A DNA stretch of 64,000 nt, taken from assembly GCA_951406725.2 (NCBI GenBank), contig OX597816.1, positions 45,012,001 to 45,076,000 of the forward strand, written 5' to 3'. A model generated the notes under the pieces. The model had not been told where the DNA came from. It worked only from the letters and a program-made list of their open reading frames with translations, and made no database searches. A program made the translations under genes and the position numbers. Below, in pieces: positions 24,784 through 38,788 of this stretch (the stretch's first letter is position 1; the number at the start of each line of letters is the position of its first letter). This DNA comes from Octopus vulgaris (lineage: Eukaryota).

Positions 24784-24961
24784 TCACTGCCTGGAATCGA
24801 ACTCAAAATCTTGGAGTTAGTAGCCCACGCTCTTATGCCCATGGGTATATGGCGTAGTGGTTAAGAGCGCGGGCTACTAACCCCAAGATTCTAAGTTCAA
24901 TTCCAGGCAGCGACCTGAATAAATAATAATAATAATAACAACAACATCGAAAAATACCTTA
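24587..24961. mobile_element. Head-to-head pair of tRNA-headed, hammerhead-bearing short elements
   Basis: The - copy at about 24587-24836 and the 5' part of a + copy at 24837-24961. A box TGGCGTAGTGG, B box GAGTTCGATTCC / AGTTCAATTCC, (AAT)n linker. Confidence 0.8.
24653..24698 (-). ncRNA. Minimal type I hammerhead ribozyme motif
   Basis: - strand: GACAC CTGATGA A GGCTG gagggtatat CAGCC GAAA C ATT GTATT. Confidence 0.65.
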
Positions 24962-25513
24962 TGTATATATATATATGTATATATATATATGTATATATAT
25001 ATATGTATATATGTATATATATATATGTATATATATATGTATATGTATATATATATATATGTATATATATGTGTATGTATATATATATATATGTATATAT
25101 ACGACAGGCTTCTTTCAGTTTCTGTCTATCAAATCCACTCACAAAGCTTGGTTGTCCTGAGGCTATAGAAGACACTTATGCCATGCAGTGGGACTGAACC
25201 TGGTAACCATGTGGTTGGGAAGCAAGCTTCTTACCACAGAGTTAGTATCAATATAGTAGTCTAACATACAAAGGTTTCCAACCTTTCAGTTAGATATAAC
25301 AAAGTTAGAGCCAAGCAGTGGTGATTTGCATCAGCAAAGAATATGGAGAAGATGGTGAGATTGATTAAGGGGATGCTCCAGCTGGCATTAGGAAGTACAT
25401 CTAGCAAGAGAAACCATACCAAGAGAAACATTGGAGCATAATCCTCTGACTTATAACATCCTGTTGGATTATCCAGCTTATGTCAGCATGGAGGCCAGAT
25501 ATTGAGTAATGAT

Positions 25514-25768
25514 ATTATTTACATTTGACGGATATTTGTCCTCATCTTGTTTGTTGTTAACACAATGTTTCGGCTGATATACCCTCCAGCCTTCATCAGG
25601 TGTCTTGGGGAAATTTCGAACCCGGGTTCTCATTCCTAAGGTATTTTTCGATGTTGTTGTTATTATTATTATTATTATTCAGGTCGCTGCCTGGAATTGA
25701 ACTTAGAATCTTGGGGTTAGTAGCCCGCGCTCTTAACCACTACGCCATATACCCATGGGCATAAGAGC

Positions 25769-25770
<2 letters not shown>
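25514..25770 (-). mobile_element. Complete tRNA-head plus hammerhead element
   Basis: tRNA-like head at about 25682-25755, (AAT)n linker, second B-box-like GGTTCGAAAT, hammerhead, 3' tail. Confidence 0.8.
25559..25604 (-). ncRNA. Minimal type I hammerhead ribozyme motif
   Basis: - strand: GACAC CTGATGA A GGCTG gagggtatat CAGCC GAAA C ATT GTGTT. Stem I GACAC/GTGTT and stem II GGCTG/CAGCC are intact; stem III is minimal. Confidence 0.7.
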
Positions 25771-25861
<91 letters not shown>

Positions 25862-27159
25862 TGTGTATTTATTTGTGTTGCTTTGTTTTTATATTTGTTT
25901 CCCCACCATCACTTGACAACCAATGTTGATGCGTTTACACCCCTATAACTTAGCAGTTCAGTAAAAGAGACAGACAGGATAAGCCTAGGTTTACAAAGAA
26001 TAAAGCTCTGAGGTCGATTTCTTCAACTAAAAAAACATCTTAAGGCAGTGCTCCAGCATGGCCATAGCCAAATGACTGAAACAAGTAAAAAAATGGAAAA
26101 GTATAATTGTATATTGTAAAACCTACTATTTTATAAAACACTACTTATACATAACAGTGGTTACAAAAATATAAAGCAGTAAGCTCATTTTTTAAATAAG
26201 TACCTCTACCATATTTTCTCTTCAATTTTTTTTCAAAAATTTTTTTCAGATTTGTATGCTTTAAACATTACTGGCAATTACTTTAAGCAAGTAATCAAAT
26301 GTGTAGATAAGGAAATATAAATTGGTGTTTGGAAGGAGGTGTAAGAGTGGCCTTGTGGTAAGTAGCTTGCTTATGAACCACGTGGTTCCAGATTCAGTCT
26401 CACTGTGTGAAACCATGGGCAAGTGTCTTCTACTATAGCCTCGGGCCAACCAAAGCCATGTGAGTGGATTTGGCTGACGGAAACTGAAAGAAGCCTGTTG
26501 TATATATGTATGTGTGTGTGTATGGTTGTGTGCCTGTGTTTGTCCCCCCCCTCCAACATCGCTTGACAACCGATGCTGGTGTGTTTATGTAACTTAGCGG
26601 TTTGGCAAAAGAGACCGATAGAATAAGTACTAGCCTTACAAAGAATAAGTCCTGGGGTTGATTTGCTCGACTAAAGGCGGTGCTCCAGCATGGCCACAGT
26701 CACATGACGTAAACGAGTAAACCAAATCATTCCAATAAAACCATTTTCCATCAGAAGTTGTACTTCTTTCAGTGGGCCACACTTAGCTTTTCAGAACTCC
26801 ACAAGTTCTCTACCTCTCACTTAAATACTTGTTAGGCATTTAGTTTGACTCACTGCTATATCTAACTCAATGATGCGCCTCATTTAAACATTGATTTCTG
26901 ACAATAATGCATAAGGCCAACCTTTGTAGAAAATGCAATATAGTTGATTGAAGTAGCATTAACTGTGCTAACACTGCAACACCTATTGTTAATAATTCTT
27001 CACGCTTCAAGTATTACACTCGTATGGGAAGAAAATGACAAAATTGAAAGCTTGGATGAGCTCTAAGGATTCATTATATTTGATCAGCATAATTGCATAC
27101 AAGCAGTTGCAATATCTGGAAGTTGTTGCAAAATTATTGACATTTGAATAATTCATATG

Positions 27160-27198
<39 letters not shown>

Positions 27199-27391
27199 TT
27201 CTTTCTCTCTCTTTTACTGGTTTTAGACAAGAAAAGAATATTAGTTGATGATATGATGATACTAACTCCAATATTTATTTCATCAATATATTGTTATTGA
27301 ATGGCCATATTACTTTTCTGGCATAAAGAGATACAACTCCACATACTAGTTTGCACAAAGAGACACACAGACATATATACATGTGTGTATG

Positions 27392-27430
<39 letters not shown>

Positions 27431-28592
27431 TTCTGTGTCTCTTTGTGGAAACTCAAATGCTGAGATGTATCTCTTTATGCCAGAAAAATAATATGGCCAT
27501 TCAATTACAATATATTGATGAAATAAATACTGGTGTTAGTATCATATATATATGTGTGTATGTGTAGGTAAAAGTAGTGCGGAGAGACAAGGCATACCAA
27601 CCGAGTGTCCTGCATTGACTAATTGTTTACCTTTCCTCACTATTTTAACCTATATCTACTGACTCAAAGGGAAGCCACCATTAGCCATTTTTTGAGCAAG
27701 ACAATCACACAACCACAACTTCAAATGCTGTTCTAACTAGAATTTTGGCAGCTCACTTATTTGAGCACTCAGAACGCACACCTATTAGGTTGAGTCATTC
27801 AGACAAAAATTCCTCATATCCACTATATAAATTTTATTGTGTTATTTGTTTCAGTCATTTGATTGTGCCCATGCTGGAGCACTGCCTTTAGTCAAACAAA
27901 TTGACCCCAGGACTTATTCTTTGTAAGTCTAGTATTTTCTTCTATTGGACTCTTTTGCTAAACCACTAAATTACAGGGACATAAACACACCAACATCGGT
28001 GTGTCAAACAATGGTGGAAGAACAAACACAAACTCACAGATACACATATACACACACATATATATATATATGTACGACAGGCTTCTTTCAGTTTCCAACT
28101 ACCAAATCCATTCACAAGGCTTTGGTCAGCCCAAGGCTATAGTATAAGACATCTGCCCAAGGTGCCACGCAGTGGGACTGAACCTAGAACCATGTGATTG
28201 GGAAGCAAGCTTCTTACCACACAACCACTCCTGCACCTATATATATTTATATATTATCAAACACATACACTTAATGTATATGCATTGAGTTTTTTGCTGG
28301 TAGGCTGCAATTTGGCATGGTGGAAATTACTCTCTCAAAGTACCAGATGTTAAAACACCTGAAAGTCTTGAACAGATAAGATAACTCACCTTTTTTCCAT
28401 CTACTGATGGACATTGATACTACACCAGTTTTGTGGCTTGTCAACATCACACACCTGGCACATAGGAGATTATTCTCCACTGCACCAAATCATGGCCTAC
28501 CAGAAGATATATGCAGGCTATACAATAAGGATATGTGGTTGATAATGTTTACTACAATAGAGCTGCTTCTATTTCATATTTGAGTATGTATA

Positions 28593-28657
<65 letters not shown>

Positions 28658-29094
28658 ATGAAGGCACGTGGCCTTGTGGTTAGGCTGTTGCACTCATGAT
28701 CACTAGATCATAGGTTTGATTCTCTGACTGAGCAGTGCTTTGTGTTCTTGAGCAAAACATTTTATTTCATGTTGCTCTAGTCCCCTCTGTCCTATATATA
28801 TATATATATATATTTATGTGTGTGTGTGTATGTATTTGTGTGTCTGTGTTTGTCCCCCTCCCCTGCACACGCCATCACTTGACAACTGATGTTGGTGTGT
28901 TTACGTCCCTGTAACTTAGTGGTTTGGCAAAAGAGTCCTATAGAATAAGCAATAGGCTTGCAAAGAATAAGTCCTGGGGTTGATTTGTTCAACTGAAGGT
29001 GGTGCTGCAGCATGGCCACAGTAATTTGACTGAAACAATTAAAAGAGTATGTATATATTTCTGAATTTGTTTTGCAAGATTTCTGATACGAAAT

Positions 29095-29475
29095 CATGTG
29101 TTGAAACAGATATTGTTATATTTTGGGTTGGTCTTTTTTTCTTCTTGCCAAATAAACACACACACAGACTATATATTCATTCTTCACTCATTTATTATTG
29201 TTCTTATTTTATCTTATATCCATTGCCTAAAAATATTTCATCACACATCTGTGACCTTTTCCACAACTCTTCCATCACACATAAGAATGGGTTAAACTGA
29301 ACAGGTGGAGATACATGGAATGAAAGAATCGTTGAAGACCTCACAGATGTGTGACAAAAGATTTCCAGACAATGAACATAAGATAAAATAGCAATGATAA
29401 ACAAGTGAAGAACTAATATATAATGTGTGTGTATTTAGCAAGAAAATAATTAACCATCCTGAAATATATCAACAT
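29095..29475. repeat. Imperfect inverted repeat of a Penelope-like terminus
   Basis: Arms at about 29095-29280 and 29310-29475, each with a TCAC-AGATGT-GTGA hairpin followed by a GAAA-like motif. Confidence 0.6.
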
Positions 29476-31340
29476 ATATATATATATATAAAATAATTTA
29501 GCTAGGTGTTAACCACCTAAGGGATATTAAATATTCAAAGAATATATATATAATAGAAGCAGTTCTATAATAAAAACCTTACCAATATCATATACTTAAC
29601 ATATGTGAGTTGTTTAAATGCTACTAGCTGCTGGGCTTTTTTTTCTTTTGTTCAGGAAAAATCCTTTTAAAGACATATAGTGTTAAATAACAGAATACAC
29701 TTCAGATCTTGGCAAAATGAAATTGCCTCTTAAGTGGTCACAAGAGCAATGGATATTTACTACATATGTGGGAAATTTTATCTGTCGTTTTATCGATTTT
29801 GATGAAACTTGACATGTGAGTAAAACTCATGTCTAGAAACCTCATGGCATACTCAGATTGTTGAAGAAATTGATTTTAGGGCCCCTGGAAGGGACCCTTA
29901 TATATATCTAATATATCTCATTTTAACAGTCAAGAGAAATAACACATTCACCCAGATTTTAACAGTCAAGGGAAATAACCCATTCATTTTCCTAAATCAT
30001 TTGGCATAAATCAAATTGAGTATGCTTATTTCTTTGTATTTGAACTGTTAGAGTTATTTTCGCAATTTATCCAGTACAACAAGTGAATAGTATTTTCCGA
30101 AACAATAGATCCACTTATTTTGGTTAGTGACTCATTCATGAATATACCAACACTAGCACCCCTGAGGGTAATATTCTCCAGGAAAGCACAAAAGCCCTTT
30201 TCAGAGTTATTTACTTTGAATTGTTATTATCTCATATCTGATTAGCCTGTTATTACGTAACATGCCTCACAATTTTAGTATACATAGTTCTTGTTTGGGA
30301 TAACTGCCCTCCTAGACAAGTGACAGTTCACATCACAGTATAATCCATTTTTGGCATGTTTTCTAAGGCAGGATGCCCTTTTACTGTCAGACACTTTAGA
30401 CATTGTACCAATTGCATGCTGTCAAAGCACAGTGTTAGAGAGGTAACCATTTCCTTAGGAAGACCAAAGAGTTCTCTTGACCCTGTGTTGTCTTTATTCA
30501 CTTACTATAATGAGTGCACTACATATGTTTTATTGTGGGATGAGCACAAGAGAGGTTCTGCAAGATAAAAGGATTTTCTCTATATTGTTGCCATTTGTTC
30601 AAGGTAAATATGATCAAGAGTGGGAATAGAAGAGAGTGAGATAACAAGAAGGAAAGGAAAAATAATAAAAACCCAAGACAAAAAAAGTATGATTATAATA
30701 GGAGAAATAGAGTCATTGAAAGACAGCTACATCTTGGTTGTTGATAAACTGCTTGAATAGAAAAATAGCATGAGTGATACATTGTGATATGGGGTGACAG
30801 AGTGATAGAAGTACAGGAAAATGATGGAAATCAAGAAAGAGCATGTGTGTGTGCACATCAGTGTGCATGTGTGTGTGTACAGAAAAATTTAGTCTTTAAT
30901 CACTATGTATCATACTAAATGTATACACACAGAAGGCATGAAGTTATAAAGTTTTCTGATCTAAAAATCTTTTCATAGACTCCTTTTGTTAGAAACAACA
31001 TATACTGGAGCGAGACAAACAGCATTGCTGCAGTAACTCGCAAGAATGACACGTGTGTTTCACCTTTGTTGAAACTTGTCAGTGCCGTGCACTTGATTGC
31101 CACCTGCTTAAACAAAATCCGCAACTCAAGATACATACATACGCACATACATACATCTTATTAATATTTTGCAGATGTAACAGAGTGACTCAAGCCCTGA
31201 GAGTTTCTTATGCTGGCACCTGTACCAACACTCAATATTCTCAGACCTTGAGTCACTCTAATACTTCTGGTAAACATTAATAAAAATATAAATATACTCA
31301 TATTTTGAGTTCTATTTTTTCTGTTTGCACCAACATATAT

Positions 31341-31374
<34 letters not shown>

Positions 31375-31459
31375 CAAATGAAATAAACAGAACACAAAGG
31401 ATGTCGCAGACACATGTTCATTATATATATATATATACATACATATATATATATATATA

Positions 31460-32303
31460 CTAGCAGAATTGCCCGGCGTTGCTCGGGGCTGAATTGCTTG
31501 AAAGTACTGTTAATGATTGCACTGAATTATGATGATTATTCAGGCAAATATTGAAATAAGCTTACGGTGGGAGATAAGGACTTAACGCCAAACGTGTGCC
31601 ATTGCATTGTTTTGGGGGAACCAAATTTCTGATGAGCATTATAGGGGCACTAACTTTAAGTTTGAGAAAGTGTGGTGGTAGTCCGGGGTGCTCAAAGGAA
31701 TTGAGTACCTCTATTGGATAGTTGATGACGTCCTCTGGGTCAGGAGTTGTATCGATAGACTGATATACATCGACTTCCCCAGGAATGAGTTTTAGCATTT
31801 CATCATTAATATGGTGAACAGTTTTATTCCTCGGGGCCAGTATAGCCTTTTTGCCAATCCAATCCATATTCTGATAATTAGCTTGTAAATCTGGGAACAC
31901 TGCATCTCTGAGATCAGAAGGCGTCTTAACAATGGTACAAATGGAATCGATGGCAATATTACCATTTTCATCCCCTGGTATTTTGCCTTCGCCAAGTGCA
32001 AGGAGAGTGTGAGGAAATGCTGGTGATGTGATATTACGTCGCATATGAGCACGCATATTGGTGTGAAGTTTGAGAGTTACTTCCGTTTATTTTAAAAAAT
32101 ATGCATTAAAATGGAAAAAAATGATGGTAAATTATTTGTAAAATCATAGACTCATCGTAGACACGCGCTAATACCCAGAAGGGCTCGATATGAATCACGA
32201 CTATAAGATACCCGGTTTTGGTTAAACTGCATCGCAAAATGTGGGAGTAGTTAGGAATCTAAATCGGAGTAGACAGACACACAACCTTTCTTTTATATAT
32301 AAA
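31460..32303 (-). mobile_element. Internally deleted Helitron retaining a PIF1 helicase fragment
   Basis: ORF 31562-32056 has ILAPRN and PPHFLKLKVSAPIMLIRNL..CNGTRL. 3' hairpin CCCGAGCAACGCCGGG then CTAG|T at 31460; the 5' end resembles TYTATATATAAAAG. Confidence 0.88.
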
Positions 32304-32320
32304 TACATACATACACACAC

Positions 32321-32351
<31 letters not shown>

Positions 32352-32379
32352 TACATGCATACATACATATACACATAAA

Positions 32380-32964
32380 CCGTGTAAAAAATTTCAGTTT
32401 TCTCTCTCTTTCACACATTACTCTCTCTGTCTCTTCACACACACTAACAGAAGCACTTCACTTACACAACATACTGTCTGTCTCCCACACTCCATCAAAC
32501 ACACACACACACACACATGTACATCAATGAGTCCCATGCACGGTAACTTCAAAGGAACTTCCCTCGTCATACAATCGCTTTCTCTTAGTCTCTTTCGCTC
32601 TCATTACTTATGTAAAAAAATAAAAGTTTTTTCTATGTGTGTAAAGAGGAAGTAGGAGGCAGAGTGAAAGAATCACTCACTACAGTAAGTGAATTACTTT
32701 CATTTTATTCCTTGCCCACTGTGTGTGTGCGTTTGCGTGTGGTGTAAACCAGACTAAGAAAAGCATTTGACACACACACCAGAATGTGAGTTTTCTGTAA
32801 ATTTTGCTTAATTGGAGTTTAAATTTTAAAAACTGGAGCTGGCATGACGCGATGCATTGTACTCTTAAAACTGCTAGGTAAATTGTAATTGAAGAAATCC
32901 TATATTGTAGATTTGTATAACTCCCAAAGGGAGGCAGATAAAATCTGCCTTTTATAATAAGAGA
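32380..32964 (-). mobile_element. Probable 5' portion of a second Helitron
   Basis: Begins A|TCTCTTATTATAAAAGGCAG on the - strand; no 3' hairpin or CTRR end found. Confidence 0.45.
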
Positions 32965-33101
32965 TATGTATACATACATATATATATATACATATACATA
33001 TACACATATACATATATACATATACACATACATATACACATATATACATACACATATGCACATACACATATACACATATATACATATACATATACACATA
33101 T

Positions 33102-33156
<55 letters not shown>

Positions 33157-34427
33157 CACACACATACATACATAGAGAACAATGAATAAAACATTCAGTG
33201 GTGCTACAGAAGTTTGCTAAGCTGTAGAAAAACTTAATATAAGCAATTGAAACAGCATTCAATCATAGCTGCCATTTGCGCATCATACTAAATGTATACA
33301 CACTGTTAGAAGGCATAAGGCTGTGAAATTGCCTGAAATAAAGACTTTATACTGACTTGCATTTGAGTGAGATTAATGTTGTCTCTGCAGTGATTCTTCA
33401 GTCTGAGAGACATGTTTCATTTTTGTTGATGCTCATGAGTGCCAAGAACTTGACTGTTACCTACTTAATCTTTTATATCAAAACATACACCTTAGCCTTA
33501 AATATGTTGCAAAAGTCCAATAAATACTTGTTTTTTCTCTATTGATAATAAATTAGGTGCTATAGGGTTAAGATGCAACTGACATATATTTTGTTGACAA
33601 TCAGGTGAATAAAAAGTATGAGAAATTTTGGCGAAATTTCAACTTGGAACTGAGAAAGACAAATCTAAATACTGTAATACAGTTAATGTTACACTTTATT
33701 GTTTTAACAATCTTCACCTCTCTCATGCCAAGCTGAAATATTGGTGCCACTTTTATTTCACGGCTGAGCGTTTGTTTTAAAAATAGGTATTCGGTTGTTA
33801 GTTAATAGTACATACCTTGTTTGAATGTTTGTACAAATATAAAAAGCTGAAAAGAGCTATAAAATTTTTATATCTCTATTGATTATAGTAAATGAAATAT
33901 AAAAGAAAATACTGTTTTTGTTGTCATTAAAACTTTTATTGCTTCTGATATATTTAACTTGTGGTAACTCTTTGAGTGATTTCAGCCATTCGATCGTGGC
34001 CATGTCAGGGCACAACCTTGCTGCCAAGGGTTTTTAACCAATTATATGGCCACTAGAATTTATTTCTGTTCGGTATTTATTTTATGAGTTTTTATTGAAT
34101 GGCTTGGTTATGTTTTGGTGTAAAAGACACATCATTTAGACAGTGGCATGCACATACACACACATACATACATATACATGCACACATACACAATCCTACA
34201 TACATACATGCATACATACATACATACATGCATACATACATACATACATACATACATACATACATACATACATACTGGCTGTGTGGTAAGTAGCTTGCTC
34301 ACCAACCACATAGTTCCGGTTTCATTCCCACTGCATGGCACCTTGGGCAAGTGTCTTCTACTATAGCCTCGGGCTAACCAAAGCCTTGTGAGTGAATTTG
34401 GTAGATAGAAACTGAAAGAAGCCCATC

Positions 34428-34471
<44 letters not shown>

Positions 34472-37400
34472 GTGTCTATGTTTGTCCCCCAATATCGCAT
34501 GACAACCGGTGCTGGTGTGTTTACGCCCCTGTAACTTAGCGGTTCAGCAAAAAAGACTGATAAAATAAGTGCTAGGCTTACAAAGATAAGTCCTTGGGTC
34601 GATTTGCTCAACTAAAAAGGTGGTGCTCCAGCATGGCCACAGTCAAATGACTGAAACAAGTAAAAAAAGAAAAAGGAGTAAGGAATTAGTCAGTCTGAGA
34701 CTATAGTAGAAAGACACTTATCCTAGGTGCCATGCAGCAAGACTGAACCCCAAATTACATGATTGTAAAGCGGGCTTTTTAATCACACAGCCATGCATGC
34801 ACCTGTTTTTGGGGAGGGGGGGTATGTTTTTTAAAATTTTCATACAGTTTGCTGGTACCACATAAAAGGCACTCATGTTGCTGGTACCACATATAAACCA
34901 CCCATGCTGGCACCATATAAAAAGCACCCATGCTGATGCCACATAAAAACATCTAGTGCACTCTGTAAAGTGGGTTGGCATAAGAAAGGGCATCCATCCA
35001 GCTGCAGAAATCAGGCCAAAACAGACAATTTGAGCCAGGTGTAGTTCTCCAACGCAGCAGCTCTTGTCAAACCATCCAACCCAAACTAGCATGGAAAATG
35101 GACGTTAAATGATGATGATGATGGTGCATACCAGTAAATAAATATTTGATTTGTTATGTACCATGAAGTCAAATAGATTAAGAATCTCTGGTATAGACTG
35201 ACAAACCAGTTATCAGGTACAAATAAGTTCTTGACTTCCTTTACCTGAGATAATTTGGATTAGAGATGTTGAAAAACTATTTTGATTATATATAACATAC
35301 GTTGGTAGCTTCTGTCCTATTCTTCTTCTTCTTTTTATTTATCTTCAAAGGAATTTATAAAGATTAAGGGTATGTTGTTGATTCCTTGCCATCAAATGAA
35401 TAAGAGATAAATCCTTGAATAAGACGCAAATCTATCTCAAACCGTATTCTTTGGGGGCCTACTACCTATTTATCTTCAACAACAAAATGAATTGAAATAT
35501 ACAGAAGAACATAAAAATGTCTAGACCAAACATACAATAACATGTCTGAATGGAAATAGAAGTTAAGATTTCTCTGTGATTGGTTCAGATTATATATTAT
35601 CCACTTAGCTATTTCACAGAAATATTCCCAGTTGGCTCTTGTAGTATTTTAAATATAGTTCTTTACAGATTTCCATCAGGATCAATGAGATATAGTCTAT
35701 TTTTATTGTCTTCGGTCTTTTCAAGATATTCACAAGAAGAAAAAAAGTTAATTGAGACATTCTTGTTACATACAAAGAAAATATTCTTTGGGAAATGAGA
35801 TAAATTGCTTGTTCAATTAACTTCTTCACTTCTAATTGGGCAACTTGATATAAAACCAAAATTTATATGTCTGTTGGCTTCTTTAATCAGTACACATGAT
35901 TAGCTCAATCAGATCTACAAATTCAAATTCTGTTCTAAATTACAAACATTATGCATCACTTGTAGGTTTGTTAGTTCTGCAAATTTAAGTATTTGCATGA
36001 ATTACACTGAATAACACAAATTTTGTCCTTTAGTAACAACTGTTATTTCCTATTTCCTTAACCCTAGAAAATATGAAAATTTGTAAATATTTCCTTCAAA
36101 CTTTGTTTGTATTACATTTATTCAAACACTAAAGAATCCCTCTCAACACATGGCTATGATGCTCCCCCCATTACTCCTGCTTGTGATCAGAAATGCACAT
36201 ATTGTCAGCCACTAAGAGATATGATCAATTGGTTAAGGTCAAGCAACTGACAAACAAATCTGTGGTGTTGAACAGAATATTTGATATAACTATATTTCTG
36301 CTTCAGCAACTCAGCGCTGAATCTGTTTGAGGTGTAACAGAGAATAAGTCAGTTTCAAAACATTGATGTCCAGGTCACAAAAGCAAAGTTTGAAGGGAAT
36401 AGTAGTCATTTCCTTTGATAGAAAAATAGAACATAACACTTTTTTCTTTCTTTTATTCTTTACTTGTTTGTCATTTGACTGTGGCCATGCTGGAGCACCG
36501 CCTTTAGTCAAGCAAATCAATCCCAGGACTTATTCTTTGTAGGCCTAGTACTTATTTTATCAGTCTTTTTTGCTGAACCGCTAAGTTATGGGGATGTAAA
36601 CACACCAGCATCAGTTGTCAAGCGATGTTGTGGGGACAAACACAGACACACAAACATATACACACACACCTCACTAAACTCATGGAGTGGTTGGCATTAG
36701 GAAGGGCATCCAGCTGTAGAAACATTGCCAGATCAGACAGGGCCTGGTGCAGCCTTCTGGCTTCCCAAACCCCAGTTGAACAGTCCAACCCATGGTAGCA
36801 TGGAAAGCGGACACTAAGTGATGATGATATGATGGGCTTCTTTCAGTTTCTGTCTACCAAACCCACTCACAAGGCTTCAGTCGGCCCAAGGCTATAGTAG
36901 AAGACACTTGCCCAAGGTGCCATGCAATGGGTCTGAACCCAGAACAATGTGGTTGGTAAGCAAGCTACTTACCACACAGCTGAGAAAAAAATTTTTATTT
37001 TGTTACATAGTTTTGCTGGCATAGGTATCATAGGTATTATTATTGTTCTTTTTTTGACTTGACATAAAATTATTTCTTTAATGGGGATCTATTCTTTTCG
37101 ATACTTCAGTCATTGGACCCTTTCTTGGAGGGATTGGAACATAAATGTAGACATCGCTTTTTCCAAGGAGTGTTAACATAAAGATAAACATAGAAACCGA
37201 CGCATACTTACACACATACACATAGGCATATACACACGACACATGCACAAAGATATATACACACAGAAACAAAGATAACTATATAGTATATGTTTCTTTA
37301 TTATCCACAAGGGGCTAAACACAGAGGGGACAAACAAGGACAGACAAACGGATTAAGACGATTACATCGACCCCAGTACTTAACTGGTACTTAATTTATC

Positions 37401-38202
37401 GACCCCGAAAGAATGAAAGGCAAAGTCGACCTCGGCGGAATTTGAACTCAGAATGTAACGGCAGACGAAATACGGCTACGCATTTCACCCGGCGTGCTAA
37501 CGGTTCTGCCAGCTCGCCACCTAACTATATATTATATGCTATATAACTATATATTATATGCTCACGTGGTTACTGCAGTTTGATCTGGCGTCAACTTCTA
37601 ACTCTTTGGACTTGCATTTCTGAACCACTTCCCGAACTTTCAGCACCTCTCCTCATCCACAAACCAGCACTCCACCCGGATTACCACTGGATCTACTGAC
37701 TCTACTTTGACGAATTTCACCAGATTTTTATCACTACAATCTACCATGACTTTTAAACTTTTTAAACTTTTATACTCCATACATTAATACTTTGCCTTTT
37801 TTCTCTCCTTTTTTTACTTTTTTACACATAGTAAACCATTAACATCTTGTTTCACTCTTTTGAAATGGCATTATAACATTGATTATCTCCCTTTGTGTTT
37901 TTCTTTTTGTCTTTTTTCCTTATTAGCGTCCCTTGGTTAAATGTCATCTGCTTCAAAAAGCAACTGACAAACAATCTTGTTATCAGCTGGAAAAAGGGTG
38001 AAATAAATTATTGTTGCGACCAAGGAAATCCTGGGTAGTTGTATTTAACAAGAATTGTGTTTTCTTTCTTTTTTATTTAACATTATCTTTACTCTCTTAG
38101 CTGATTATCTTTACTCTCTACTTGTTGGAGCCTTACCACAAAATAATAATGATGATCATGATCTTGATGATGATGATGATGAGGAGGAGGAGGAGGAGGA
38201 GG

Positions 38203-38746
38203 GTGCAGTAGCAGGCAGTAGCTCTCATGGCTTCTGATCTTAACTGATTGGAAATGTTATCATGTACATTATTTTGTCTTGGTATAAAAGATGGGCTACA
38301 GCAAATATTCTGCTCTATACCACAGATTTGCTTGTCAGTTGTTTGACCTTAACCAGTTGACCATGTCCCTTTGTGGCTGACGATATGTGCATCTCTGATC
38401 ATGAGCAGAAGTAGTGGGGGAGCATCATGGCCATGTGTTGAGAAGAATTCTTTGGGGCTTGAATAATTCACCTCCGGAAACATGGGGGTTTCGTTCAATA
38501 TCCTTAAACAACCCTTATTCAGGGATCTTTTGTGTGGGATGAGTTACTCGACCAGAAGAAAATTCTAACTAGGTCCCACCTGCAAGATCATGTGCTGTTT
38601 ATCTTGATATGAGATCACCATGTCGCGCACATATGGTTGTGATGCATGTGCCTAGTGTACCCTTATCAGATGGGTAGTCATGATGGGTATACTGGGCTTT
38701 GTATATTTTACCCCAGTGTCACTTTGATGGCATGCACTGCTCACTC

Positions 38747-38788
<42 letters not shown>
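38203..38788 (+). mobile_element. Unclassified retroposon 3' end with (AAT)n tail
   Basis: Near-identical 5'-truncated copy at 40750-41203 and a - strand fragment at about 36040-36310; both + copies end in GGCATGCACTGCTC...CAATAATAAT. Confidence 0.7.

Noticed and set aside
24843-24915. Functional tRNA gene with ACT anticodon
   Set aside because: Acceptor and T stems do not pair properly and the sequence is embedded in a repeated element; it is a SINE head.
28300-28560. Possible exon reading AAIWHGGNYSLKVPDVKTPESLEQIR
   Set aside because: Stops and frame changes follow immediately and no family is recognised; more likely a decayed repeat.
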